A DNA stretch of 63,673 bases, counting the filler, from Chiloscyllium plagiosum (lineage: Eukaryota), in assembly GCF_004010195.1 (NCBI RefSeq). It is 4 parts of one record of this genome, joined end to end, with 100 filler letters (N's around TTAATTAATTAA, not from the genome) between each part and the next. Parts side by side here need not be neighbours in the genome. Positions count along the whole stretch, not along the records: positions 25,889 to 53,883 come from NC_057715.1; 3 more parts are not named here. The stretch is one strand, 5' to 3'. Made by a program: the position numbers and the translations under genes. Below, in pieces: positions 25,889-38,406 of the stretch. Within the stretch, counting starts at the first letter, position 1. Each line of letters begins with the position of its first letter. Below the pieces are notes generated by a model. That model had not been told where the DNA came from and made no database searches. It saw only the letters and a list, made by a program, of their open reading frames with translations.

Positions 25889-26346
25889 AAACACTACATA
25901 GGGCAAACAGGAAGACAACTAATGATCCGCATCCATGAACACCAACTAGCCACGAAACGACACGACCAGCTATCCTTAGTAGCCACACGCAGATGACAAG
26001 CAACATGAATTCGACTGGGACAACACTACTATTATAGGACAAGCCAAACAGAGAACAGCCAGGGAATTCCTAGAGGCATGGCACTCATCCACAGATTCAA
26101 TCAATAAGCACATCGACCTGGACCCAATATACCGGCCACTGCAGCGGACAGCTGGAACTGACAACTGGAAGCGGCAGAAACAAACCACTATAAATGCCGG
26201 AGGAAACATCACAGAAGCGCTTCACAGGAGGCTCCCAAGCACTGAGGATGTCACCTGGACAGGGGACGAAATGTCTGCAACACAAATTCCCAGCTCAGCG
26301 AACAGAACCACAACGAGCACCCGAGCTACAAATCTTCTCACAAACT
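25889..26346 (+). mobile_element. Penelope-like element: GIY-YIG endonuclease C-half and 3' pLTR
   Basis: Encodes KHYIGQTGRQLMIRIHEHQ...REFLEAWHS. Hammerhead motif at 26239-26278 (GCA-CTGAGGA...GAAATGTC-TGC). Confidence 0.9.
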
Positions 26347-26868
26347 AGGAGTCCCTTCTCTGGGCCTACCATCGCTAAGAGTCCTCGTTCTGGACCTACC
26401 GTAGCCAGGAGTCCCCACTCTGGGCCTAGCACAGACAGGAGTCCCCGCTCTGGGCTTAGCACAGCCAGGAGTCCCTGATCTGGGCCTACAACAGCCAGGA
26501 GTCCCCGCTCTGGATTTACCAAAGCTTGGAGTCCCTGATCCAGGCCTAATGCAGCCAGGAGTCCCCAGTCCAGGCCTACAATACCAGGACTTTTTGCTCT
26601 GAGCCGAGCACAACCAGGAGTCCCCAATCCAGGCCTACGATAGTCAGGACTCCTCGCTCTGGGCCTTTCACAGCCAGGAGTCCCTGCTCTGGGCCTACCA
26701 CAGGTAGGAGTACCCGCTCCAGGTCTAGCATAGCCAGGACTCTCCACTCTGGTCATACCACAGCCAGGAGTCTCTGCTCTGGGTTTACCACAGCCAGGAA
26801 TCCCCACTCTGGACTTACCGCAGGCAGGAGTCCCCACTCTGGGCCTAGCACAGCCAGAAGTCCCCACT
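26347..26868. repeat. Minisatellite, about 17 copies of a 30-bp unit
   Basis: Unit approximately aggagtccccrctctgggcctascacagcc. Confidence 0.92.
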
Positions 26869-26904
26869 TTGCAATCGCTGCAGCTGACACCTTACTGCCA
26901 ATTC

Positions 26905-27815
26905 CAAGAACAAAGAACAGAAGCAGGTCCTTTGGTCTTTCATGCCTGCGCTGACACATTTTTCCCTTCTTTACTAAAACTGTCTTCACTTACAGGATCC
27001 ATATCCCTCTATTCCCTTCCTATGCATGTATTCATCCAGTTGTTTCTTGAATGCTGCTATTGTGTCTGCTTCCATCATCTCCTCTGGCAGTGCGTTCCAG
27101 CACTCTCCACCCTTTGTGTGAAAAACCTGTCTCGCACATCTATTTTAAACGTCCCTCCTTTGCACCTGTGTCCACTTTTAATTGACCCCTTCACCCTGGG
27201 AACGTGCCTCATAGTTTCCACTCTATCCCTGTCATTCACAATCTTATAAACTTCTATCGGATCACCCCTCAAGCTCTTGCATTCCCATGAAAACAAACCC
27301 GGCCTCTGCAACCTTTCTTCATAGCTAAAATCCTCTACAGTAGGCAACATCCTGGTAATCCTTTGTTGTACCCTCTCCAAAACATCCACATCCTTCTGGT
27401 GGTGTGGTGACCAAAACTGTATGCAATATTCCAAGTGTGGCCGAACTGAAGTTCTATGAACTTGCAGCATAACTTGTCTATCCTTATACTCAAAGCCCCT
27501 TCCTATGAAGGCAAGCATGCCCTCGGACTTTTTTACGACCTTACCCACCTTCAGTGATCTGTGGACCTGCACACTCAGATCCCTCTGCAGATCAATACTC
27601 CTAAGGGTTCTGCCATTCACTGCATAATTTCCACCAGTACTTGACCTTTCAAAATGCATTACCTCACATTTGTCCCTATTAACTATCATCTGCCATTTTT
27701 CTGCTCATGTCTCCAACTGATCTATATCCTGCTGTCTCCTCTGACAACCCTCCTTGTTATCCATAGCTTCACTGTCTTTGTATTGTCCGCAAACTTGCAA
27801 ATTAGAGCAACCACT
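26905..27815 (-). mobile_element. CR1 LINE 3' part (RT C-terminus)
   Basis: Encodes KFADNTK...RDLSVQVH...VRPHLEYCIQFWSP. Confidence 0.9.
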
Positions 27816-27819
27816 TTTT

Positions 27820-30645
27820 TTCCTGCACCTTTTCCAAAGCTTCTACATCCTTCTTATAATGCAGTGACCAGAACTGTACACAATACTCCAAGTCCGGCCG
27901 CAACAGAGTTTTGTACAGCTGTAGCATAACCTCATGGATCCGGAACTCAATCCCACTATTAATAAAAGCTAAAAGAATGTATGCCTTCTTAACAACCCTG
28001 TCAACCTGGGTGGCAACTTTCAAGGATCTGTGTACCTGGACACCGAGATCTCTCTGCTCATCCACACTACCAAGAATCCTACCATTAGCCCAGAACTTTG
28101 CATTCTGGTTACTCCGACCAAAGTGAATCACCTCACACTTGTCCGCATTAAACTCAATTTGCCACCTCTCAGCCCAGCTCTGCAGCCTATTTATGTCTCT
28201 CTGTAACCTACAACATCACTATCCACAACTCCACCTACCTTAGTGTCGTCTGCAAATTTACTAACCCACCCTTCTACGCCCTCATCCAGGTCATTTATAA
28301 AAATGACGAACAGCAGTGGACCCAACACTGACCCTTGTGGTACACCACTGGTAACTGTACTCCAGAATAAACATTTCCCATCAACCACCACCCTCTGTCT
28401 TCTTTCAGCAAGCCAATTACTGATCCAAACTGCTATGTCTCCCACAATCCCATTCTTCCACATTTTGTACAATAGTCTACTGTGGGGAATCTTATCGAAT
28501 CCTTGCTGAAATTCATATACACTACATCAACCGATTTACTCTCATCTACCGGTTTGGTCACCTTCTCAAAGAATTCAGTAAGGTTTGTGAGGCACGACCT
28601 ACCCTTCACAAAACCGTGCTGACTATCCCTAAGCAATTTATTCTTTTCTAGATGATTATAAACCCTATCTCTTATAACCTTTTCCAACACTTAACCAACA
28701 ACTGAAGTAAGGCTCACTGGTCTATAATTACCAGGGTTGTCTCTACTTCCCTTCTTGAACAGGGGAACCACATTTGCTATCCTCCAGTCTTCTGGCACTA
28801 TTCCTGGAGACAATGACGATTTAAAGATCAATGCCAAAGGCTCGGCAATCTCCCCCCTGGCTTCCCAGAGGATCCTAGGATAAATCCCATCTGGCCCAGG
28901 GGACTTATCTATTTTCACACTCTGCAGGATTTCTAATACCTCTTCCTTATGAGCCTCAATCCCACCTAGTCTAGTAGCCTCTATCTCAGTATTCTCCTTG
29001 ACAATATCGTAATTTTCTAGAGTGAATACTGTTGAAAAATATTCATTAAGTGCCTTCCCATCTCCTCTGACTCCACACACAACTTCCCATTACTATCCTT
29101 GATTGGCCCTAATCTTACTCTCGTCATTCTTTTATTCCTTAAATACCAATGGAAAGCCTTAGGGTTTACCCTGATCCTATCCGCCAACAACTTCTCATGC
29201 CTCCTCCTGGCTCTTCTGAGCTCTCTCTTTAGGTCTTTCCTGGCTACCTTGTAACCCTTAAGCGCCCTAACTGAGCCTTCACATCTCATCCTAACATAAG
29301 CTTTCTTCTTCCTCTTGACCAGAGATTCCACTTCCTTCGTAAACCACGGCTCCCGCGCTCTACAGCTTCCTCCATGCCTGACAGGTACATACTAATCAAG
29401 GCCACACAAGAGCTTTTCCTTGAATAAGCTCCACATTTCTAATGTGCCCATCCCCTGCAGTTTCCTTCCCCATCCTATGCTTCCTAAATCTTGCCTAATC
29501 GCATTGTAATTGCCTTTCCCCCAGCTGTAACTCTTGCCCAATGGTATGCATCTATCCCTTTCTATCACTAAAATAAACACAACAGAATTGTGATTGCTAT
29601 CACCAAAGTGCTCACCTACGTCCAAGTCTAACACCTGGCCGGGCTCATTACCCAGTACGAAATCTAATGTGGCTTCACCCTTTGTTGACCTGTCTACATA
29701 CTGTGTCAGGAAGCCCTCCTACACACACTGGACAAAAACTGACCCATCTATAATACTCGTACTATAGTGTTCCCAGTCAATATTTGGAAAGTTGAAGTCC
29801 CCCAAGACAACTACCCTGTCTTTCTCACTCCTATTGAGAATCATCTTTGCTATCCTTTCCTCTACATCTCTGGAACTATTCAGAGGCCAATAGAAAACTC
29901 AACTTCAGCCCATACTACCTCAATTGACGAGTCCCCAAACATCCTTTCTGCAACTGTAATACTGTCCTTGACCAACAATGCCACACCTCCCCCTCTTTTA
30001 CCATCTTCTCTGTTCTTACTGAAACATCTAAATCCTGGAACCTGCAACAACCATTCCTCTCCCTGCTCTATCCATGTCTCTGAAATGGCCACAGCATCGA
30101 AGTCCCAGGTACCAACCCATGCTGCAAGTTTACTCACCTTATTCCAGATGCTCCTGGTGTTGAAGTAGACACACTTCAAACCAACTTCTTGCTTGCCAGT
30201 GCCATCTTGCATCCCTGAAACTTGATTTCGGACCTCCTTACTCTCAACCTTTTCTATACTCAAACTACAATTTTGTTTTCCATCCCCCTGCTGGATTAGT
30301 TTAATCCCACCCCAATAGCCTTAGCGAATATCCCCCCCCCTCCAGGATATTGGTACCCCTCTGGTTCAGATGAAGACCATCCTGCTTATAGAGGTCCCAC
30401 CTACACCAGAAAGAGCCCCAATTATCCAAGAATCCAAAACCCTCTCTCCTGCATCATCCCTGTAGCCACGTGTTCAACTCCTCTCTCTCCCTATTCCTTG
30501 CCTCACTACCACATGGCATGGGCAACAAACCAGAGACAACAGCTCTGTTCGTCCTAGCTCTAAGCTTCCATCCTAGTCCCTAAATTTTTGCCTTAAATCC
30601 CCATCTCTCTTCCTACCTATGTTGTTGGTGCCTATGTGGACCACA
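27820..30645 (-). mobile_element. CR1 LINE: ORF1 end, endonuclease and RT (frameshifted, 3' end missing)
   Basis: Encodes LKCVYFNTRSI...[49 protein letters not shown] and KFADDTK. Confidence 0.95.
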
Positions 30646-31486
30646 TAGCCTGTTAGCCTATTAATACCAATTAGCCTAGGTATTAGTAGTAACATAAATC
30701 ATTTTTGTATCCATTTGCACAAACATTCCTCATTGTAAAATTAGAAATACTAACAAATCTGTACATGATTATTGAAATCCTAGCACCACGACCCAGCTTG
30801 CATCTCTCTATACCAATACTGGCACACTTCATTCCTGTAAATGCTAGCTATCAGACATTTTATTTTCCTATGCATTAGCACCAACATGCTTTATTCCTAC
30901 GTGTACTAATGTTAACCCACTTCATTCTTGTATGAAATCAAAGTTTGTGAGTGCTGGAATAAAAACAGAACCTCTGGGCCAATGCTGGCAAATGGGACGA
31001 GACTAAATTAGGAAATCTGGTCTGTACGGACAAGTTGGACCAAAGGGTCTGTTTCCATGCTGTATATCTCTATGAAACTAAGACTCAATTGGAGAAATTC
31101 AGCAGATCTGGCTGTATATGTGAAGAGAGAATCAGAATGATTGTTTTGTGTCCAATCTGCCTACTCTTCAGAACTACTTTTATTTCATTCCTACATATGT
31201 ACGTGTGCAAACCTACTTACTTCCATTGTCTATTACCACTAACCCAACTTATTCATGTCTGTCCTGGTGCTTCAGTCCTGTAAGGCTTCTCATTAGCACT
31301 CTTTCATACACTTAGGCCATACTGCTTCACTCCTCGCTGTCTTAATATGAAGCACTTGATTACAGTATATGCTAATACAAAACAATCTGCCCATAGAACA
31401 GGTTTCACTTATTTTGTGCACTATTTTATTTGTGTGAAGAGAATTGGAATTATTTGCCTCTTTTACCACTCCAGGTTTGATCAGAA

Positions 31487-31681
31487 TCAGAAGTCACATG
31501 ACCCCAGGATTGTAGTCCAACAGGTTTAAATGTTTTGGGTGCACGGCTCCTTCAGGTGAAGTCATGAAGGAACAGAAGTTCAAAAGCTTGTGATTTCAAA
31601 TAAACCTGTTGGACACTAACCTGGTGTCATGTGACTTCTGACTTTGTCCATCCCAGTCTAACACCGGCACCTCCACATCAT
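31487..31681. mobile_element. PLE fold-back mini-element with 13-bp TSD
   Basis: Inverted arms tcagaagtcacatgac and gtcatgtgacttctga. GGTTTGATCAGAA at 31474-86 and 31682-94. Confidence 0.82.
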
Positions 31682-32859
31682 GGTTTGATCAGAACAGTTT
31701 TTTTTTTCTCTCATAAGCTATACACATCTTAGAAGGATGACTGTTTATATATACTGTGCTTGAAAAAAAATACTAACAGGCAGCTTTCCTTGAGAGTGGG
31801 TTTTTAAAATAGGTTGCATTTAGTGTACTAAATCCAGCTGAAATAACATAATAAAAATGCACAAAAAAGTGCACCTACACACTCAAGCTACACACAAAAT
31901 ATAGGTGAATTTGTGAAAGAATAGGTTAGGGGGTAGTTTTAACATCCAAACTAAAATTAAAGTGACACGATTCTCACAGGTTGGCGATTTGAGTGGATTG
32001 AAGTTAGGATTGATGGTCCTCCTGGTTTTGGCATTCAGGTGGTTTTAAGATGTGGAGAAACAATTCATCTATTCTTCTGAAGAGGACAGCTGCTTTATCG
32101 ATTTCTGCCCGCCTGCAAAACGTAGATAGTCAAAAGTATTGGACAAGATTTGAGCTTGAAAAAAAGGAGAGAGAGAGAGAAGACGCATGCAGCAAAACTT
32201 CTATGTCGTTCATTTCCAGATGAGCTTCTTTCTTTCAGGTTGTTGGTGTAAGTAATATATGTTACCTGAAGTTTTCTTTTTGGTCATGTAACAAGGAGGA
32301 TGTGCAGGGGTGAATCATCAAATTCATTACATGACTCGCACAGTTAAGAATCATTAAATTTAGTCTAATTGCTGTTATGGAGAAATGAACCCCAGTTTTC
32401 GCTCTCAAGTTGGGTAAAAGGAGTCAGGAAATTTCCTGGCTTAGTGTGACTGCCTCAGGAGAAACTGAGGGAATGGTGGAATCTTCCTTTCAGGCTTTGA
32501 AGGATGCAGGAGTGTAGTGCGGCCGACTTCATCAGAGGAGCCATTGGGAGGCAGCTTCATGCCAAAATGATAGTTTTTTTAAGAGTCAACCTCAATTCTT
32601 TGGGACTTTATCTCAATTTTTTCATTAAAACAGGTTTGGAAGGTACACCCTCACCTGCAGGTTCCCCTCTAAGCCACATACCATTTTGACTTGGAACTAT
32701 ATCATCCCTCTTTCACTGTTGTTAGGCTAAAACCTTGGAAAACCTCAAATACTGGCCTTGTTAATGATACCTCTATGGATGAACACCTAGAGGTATGATG
32801 GTTGGTTACAATGCTCTAATGTACATGTTTCTAATCATTATCTCCATAACTAAGTGAAC

Positions 32860-34520
32860 ATACAAGTGTAATAAAAACAGAAAGTGTTGGAGAAACTCAA
32901 TAGTTCTGGCAGTGTCTGTGGAGAGAAAAACAAAATTAACATTTCAAGTTCAGTGAGTCTTCCTCAGAACTAAAAGCAGTTGGAAACTGGTGGTATTTAC
33001 ACTGATGATGCAGGTGGGGTTGGGGATGGGATGGAAAGAGTGTTTCAAATAGTTAGAGACGGTGCCCAGAGAAAGCGAGAGAAAAAAGAGAAGCAGACCA
33101 AAAGGATTGCTGATGAAAAACTGTGAGAGAGATAGAGAGGGAGTGAAGAAGGTATTTGATAAGCTTGCTTTTATTGGTCTGTTCATTGAGTATAGGAGTT
33201 AGGAGGTCATGTTGCATCTATACAGAACATTGGCAAACTTTGGAATACTGTGTTCAGTTCTGGTCTCCCTGCTAAGGGAAAGATGTTGGGAAAGTTGAAA
33301 AGGTTCAGAAAGGATTTACAAGAATGTTACCAGTGTTGGAGGGCTTGAGCTATAAAGAAAGGCTGAATAGGCTGGGGCTGTTTTCCGGGGAGCATCAGAA
33401 GCTAAAGGCATTATAGAAGTTTATAAAATTCTGAGGGGTGTGAATAGGGTGAATAGTCAAGGTCATTTTCCCAGGGTGGGTGAGTCCAAAACTAAAGGGC
33501 ATTAAATGAAGGTGAGAGGGAAAGATTTAAAAAGGACATAAGGGGCAACGTTTTCACACAGAGGGTGGTAAAATAGGAAGTAGTGGAGGCTGGTACAATT
33601 ACAACATTTAAAAGGCATCTGGATGGGCACATGCATAGGAAAGGTTTTGAGGGATATGGGTCAAATGCTGGCAAACCAGACGAGATTAATTTAGGATATC
33701 TGGTCAGCATGGACAAGTTAGACCGAAGGGTATGTTTCCATGCTGTATACCTCTATGGTTCTAAATTCTAAGTAGGTGTTAATGAGAAGTGTGAACAGTG
33801 GAAAATGGGTTGGTTGTGCTGGGAACAATACAGAACAAGATCTGGGGTCGGTAATGAAAATGATGAGAGGTATTTATGCTTTGAAATTATTAAATTCAAT
33901 GTTGAGTCCTGAGAGCTGGAAGGTATCAAAACAGAAGATGAGTGTTCCTCCAGCTCTGGAGCACTGCAGCAGGCCTGAGGCAGATATGCTGGCACGGGGA
34001 CATGACAATGTGTCGACATAGCAGGCAAGTGGAACCCTGGGGTCATTTTTGTGAGCTGAGTGGTGATGTTCCGCAAAGAGGTAACCCAGTCTGTGTTTTG
34101 TCTCCCCAAAGTAGAAGACAAAGTATTGCAAGCTGCAAATACTCATGCCCACATCTCCTGGTTCCGTTCTCAATGGATTGCCCCCAGTACAGTCAACCCA
34201 TTTTCAACAACGCACACTCCTGTTACCACTCATTAACTTTTATCTCTCTCCTGGCTTATCATCTATCCCTTTGTCTGCTTCTCCCTTTTATTCTCTCCTC
34301 TGCCTCTGTACAAAGTGTTCTCTTGCTTTCTCCTCTGTCTCCACCTATTCCCCCTTTCCCTCTCATCAGCATAAACGACAAATCTCGCAACTACTTCCAG
34401 TTCTGGTGAAGGGTTAGTGAACTCAAACATTAATTCTATTTTTCTCTGCACAGATCCTGTCAGACCTGCTGAGTTTCTCCAGTACTTTGTTTGTTACAGA
34501 TCTCCAGCTTCCATTGTTTT
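32860..34520 (-). mobile_element. Penelope-like element with inverted pLTR, split by a CR1 fragment (33130-33768, +)
   Basis: Encodes YFGETKHRLG...FAEH...LSGLNIEFNNF (33874-34140). pLTR on the minus strand at 32860-33125 and an inverted copy on the plus strand at 34160-34520. Confidence 0.75.
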
Positions 34521-34689
34521 ATTTAAACATAGAAATGCTTTAGCTCCCTTTGAAATATTCCAACAGGAGCCTATTTGGAGTCAGCTGAATAACACTAGAG
34601 TTTTCATGGCAACCGCAGAAAATGGAGATCTTACCCTGATTGAAGGTTTTAGTTATGACTGAGAAAGTTAATAGATTTCAGTCACAATT

Positions 34690-35512
34690 TATTTGTGGGA
34701 TGTGTTCTTGCTGGCTGGGCCAAAATTTATTGCCCATCCCTAGTTGCCCGTGAAATGGTGATGATGAGTGCCTTCTTGAACCGCTGCATCACGTGCTGTG
34801 GGTTGACCCACAATACCATTGGGGAGAGAATTTCTGGATTTTGACCCAATGACAATGAAGGAATAGTGATATATTTCCAAGTCAGGATAGTGAGTGGCTT
34901 GAAGGGGAACTAGCAGGTGGCTGTGTTCCTATGTATCTGATGCCCTTCTAGATTGAAGTGGTCATGTGTTTGGGAAGTGCTGTCTAAGGATCTTTGGTGA
35001 ATTTCTTCAGTGCTTCTTGTAGATAGTGCACACTGATCGTACTCAACATCAGTGGTAGAGGGAGTGAATATTTGTGGATGTAGTGTCAATTAATCAGGCT
35101 GCTTTGTCCTGGATGATGTTAATCTTCTTGAGTGTTGATAGAGCTGCACTCATCCAGACAACTGGGAAGTATTCCATCACACTCCAGACTTGTGCCTTGT
35201 TGATGATGGACAGGCTTTGGGCAGGCAGGATGTGAGTTACTTGCTGCGGGATTCCTCACCTCTGACCTGCACTTGTAGGCATTGTGTTTATGTAATGAGT
35301 CCAATTGAGTTTCTGGTCAATGGCAATCCCAACGAGGCTAATAACAGCGGATTCAGTGATAGAAACACCATTGAATATCAAGGGCCGGTAGTTAGGTTGC
35401 TTCTTATTGGAGTTGGTCATCTCCTGGCATTTGTATGGCGAATGTTACTTGCTATTTGTCAGTCCAAGCCTGAATATTGTCCAAATTTTGTTGAATTTGA
35501 ACATGGACTGTT
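34690..35512 (-). mobile_element. L2/CR1-group LINE 3' region, likely partner of the second SINE family
   Basis: Shares the tail tttattgcccatcccta.ttgccc with the SINEs at 12040, 16053 and 37735. Upstream is degraded ORF2-like sequence. Confidence 0.7.
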
Positions 35513-35864
35513 TCCTACTAAAGGAAAGACAATGCAAGTGCTAATTATTAATGAAACTGAAGGAAGAGAGGACACTTGGCAGTTATAATAAACTGCTAAG
35601 AGTGTTTTTTTCCATTCATCCTCCTCTCCAGCAGATTTTCCTGCCTTACGTTTTATTATTCCCCTTCATTCATCCAGACATGGATAATTTCATGAGGGCG
35701 GCTTACGAGGACAATCGTTGGACAGCACCATTAAATCACCAAAAAGTAAATTACTTCAACATCCTTATAGACTCTGAGGCTTGATACAACTTTATTAAAG
35801 TTCCAAAAAACATACAATTACAATGTTAACCAGATGAATTGATCTGCTAAGTGAAAACAAAGAA

Positions 35865-36050
35865 CGAGGAACAGCAGACACTGGAAATCCAAAACAAAAA
35901 CAGAAATTGCTGGAAAAACTCGGCAGGTCTGACAGCATCTGTGGTGAGAAAACCAACTAATTGTTTCAGAACTGAGGAAGGGTCACTGGACCTGAAACGT
36001 TGACTCTGCTTTCTCTCCACAGATGCTGCCTGACCTGCTGAGTTGATCCA
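35865..36050. mobile_element. PLE fold-back mini-element with hammerhead core
   Basis: CTGAGGA-A-GGGTC actg GACCT-GAAACGTT at 35972-36001, between inverted arms. Confidence 0.75.
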
Positions 36051-36887
36051 TACAAACTAACCCACCTGGGTCATTATCCTTGTTAGAGGTAGGGATTTGC
36101 ATTCTTTATACCATTTAGTATTGAACTCAGCTGAGCAAGGTCATCTCCTGTTACTTTGTTTTTGAAAATGGCAGCACTAGATTTGAATCAATATCTGTAA
36201 TAAACCATCTGCTCTGGGTACAATAGCTAACTTGAGGTATGACTGTGTCCAAAATGGACAGAGCCGTGTCTTTCGCATTGGAATCGGAATCACATATATT
36301 TCAGAATCACACACGTTTCAGAAACCATTATTGAGCACTAGAGGGACCAACTGATAAGTTAGAAACAAGTGCTACTGATCAAACCTAATTTCATTATCCT
36401 GGTGCAGTTTTGGGCCCATATTCCTATACAGTTAAACAGTGATGATACCCTCCAAAACTACTGAAATGGCAATAAAGTGCTTTCAGACTCCCTGGGGTCA
36501 TAAAATTTGCTACATCAATGCAAGTTTTTCACTTTTCTTCTCAGAAGGTTTTGAAAACTAGAGACCAATCTTTTAAAATTCTAAGATACCTTCAGAGCAG
36601 CAGAGCAGAACAATTAGCTCCTTAATGTTCAAACCTGTTCAGTTTAACATTTCATCTTTATAGTCAAAGTAGTAATACCTTTTCAGTCCCTCACTCACTT
36701 GAAATGTAACTTTCCGATGGGTACTGGGTATTTACAGATAAAAAGAGGTATCCAGACTAATCATTCACATTTGTTTTAATATTGTCTGAAGTACATTCCA
36801 ACATAAATATGTTCAAATCTAAGCACTTCTTCACACAAAATTAACAGAGTTAAAAGTGTAACAAGATTGTTAATATGATTACTAATT

Positions 36888-37110
36888 ATAGAACTCCTAC
36901 AGTGTGGAAGCAAGCCATTCAGTCCATACCAGCCCTCCGAAGAGCATCCCAGCCAGACCTACCCCAATCTCCGTAACCCTGCATTTCCCATCGCTAATCC
37001 ACCTCGCCTGCACATTCCTGGACACAATGGACAATTTAGCATGACCAATCCACCTAACCTGCACATTTTTGGACAGTAGGAGGAAATCGGAGCACCAGGA
37101 GGAAACCCAT
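36888..37110 (-). mobile_element. HE1-like SINE, 5'-truncated
   Basis: Body and tail match the other copies. Confidence 0.8.
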
Positions 37111-37734
37111 ACTAATGAAATGAAACAAATGTGTGAATGATTCGGCAAACACACAATTATTTATATTATAAAACAAATCGATGCAAATTTAATATTAAAA
37201 TTGAACACAAAGTAGAATCTTTTGTAGGGAACAGAAACAAGTGTTATTCTAGTAATAACTGGAAATGCTTGAAGGCATCCTAAATATTGATGCCTAGATT
37301 CACAAAGTGACTTTCCTTGCTCAAAACGAATGTCATTGAAGGGATTTTCTGCACTCAATTCTAATTTTAATATTCTCTGTATCACCAAGGGTGAATTATT
37401 TATGGTTTGGTGATTGCCAGAAATAGAAGATTACAAGTGAAGGTTTCACTGGAATAGTGTTTTGTCATACTTAGAAGTCAAATTCTTTCTCTGCTGCCAA
37501 AGCAAACATAAATAGCATACTTGCCATGACCCTACTCTGACAGTGGAGGGTCTTGTCTCTGTCATTGAGCTCAATAACTAAGGCTTCATGCTCAAGGAGA
37601 ACCAACCCCACCCCAAGCTATTTCAAAATATAATTGATCAAGCAGAACAGAACTCAGAGATAATGATCATTTGGGAGTGATAAAACGGCCAATCTTAAAT
37701 GGTGGGCTTCAACATCATAATTTAAGATAAGTTG

Positions 37735-38070
37735 TTTTTAAAATTCACTCAAGGGATGGGGCCGTCTCTGGCTAGAGCCAGCATTTGTTGCTCATTCCTG
37801 ATTGCCCAGAGGGCACTTAATAGTCAACTACATTTCTGTGGGTCTGGAGTCACATATAGGCCAGACCAGGTCAGGATGGCAATTTCCATTCCTGAAGTAC
37901 ATTAGTGAACCAGATGGGTTTTTCCAACAATTGACAATGGCTTCAAGATCACTATTAGATGTTTAATTCCAGTTTGGTGTAGAGGGATTTGAACGTGGAT
38001 CCCTGGAACATTAGCTGAGCTTCTGGATTAATAGTTTAATGATAATACCACGAGGCCATTTCCTCCCCCA
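37735..38070 (-). mobile_element. tRNA-derived SINE, second family
   Basis: Homologous to 12040-12392. Confidence 0.75.
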
Positions 38071-38406
38071 AATCCTAGCGAGATTCTCTATCTGGCTGCC
38101 ATGTGGGAGCAGTAGGTCACAGATTCCTAGCGGTTAGGTGAATGGGAAAAATGTGTTATATTCATAGATTATCTGTCAAGTGTTTGAAATATATCATACC
38201 GTACATGTATCCAGAATGCTACGTTGGCCACAACAACACCACAGTTAAGTCATAGAGTCATAGAGACGTTCAGCACGGAAACAGACCCTTCAGTCTAAGT
38301 CATCCACGCCGACCAGATATCCTGAATTAATTTAGTCCCATTTGCCAACATTTGGCCAATATCTCACTAAACCCTTCCTATTCATATACCCATCTATACG
38401 CCTTTT

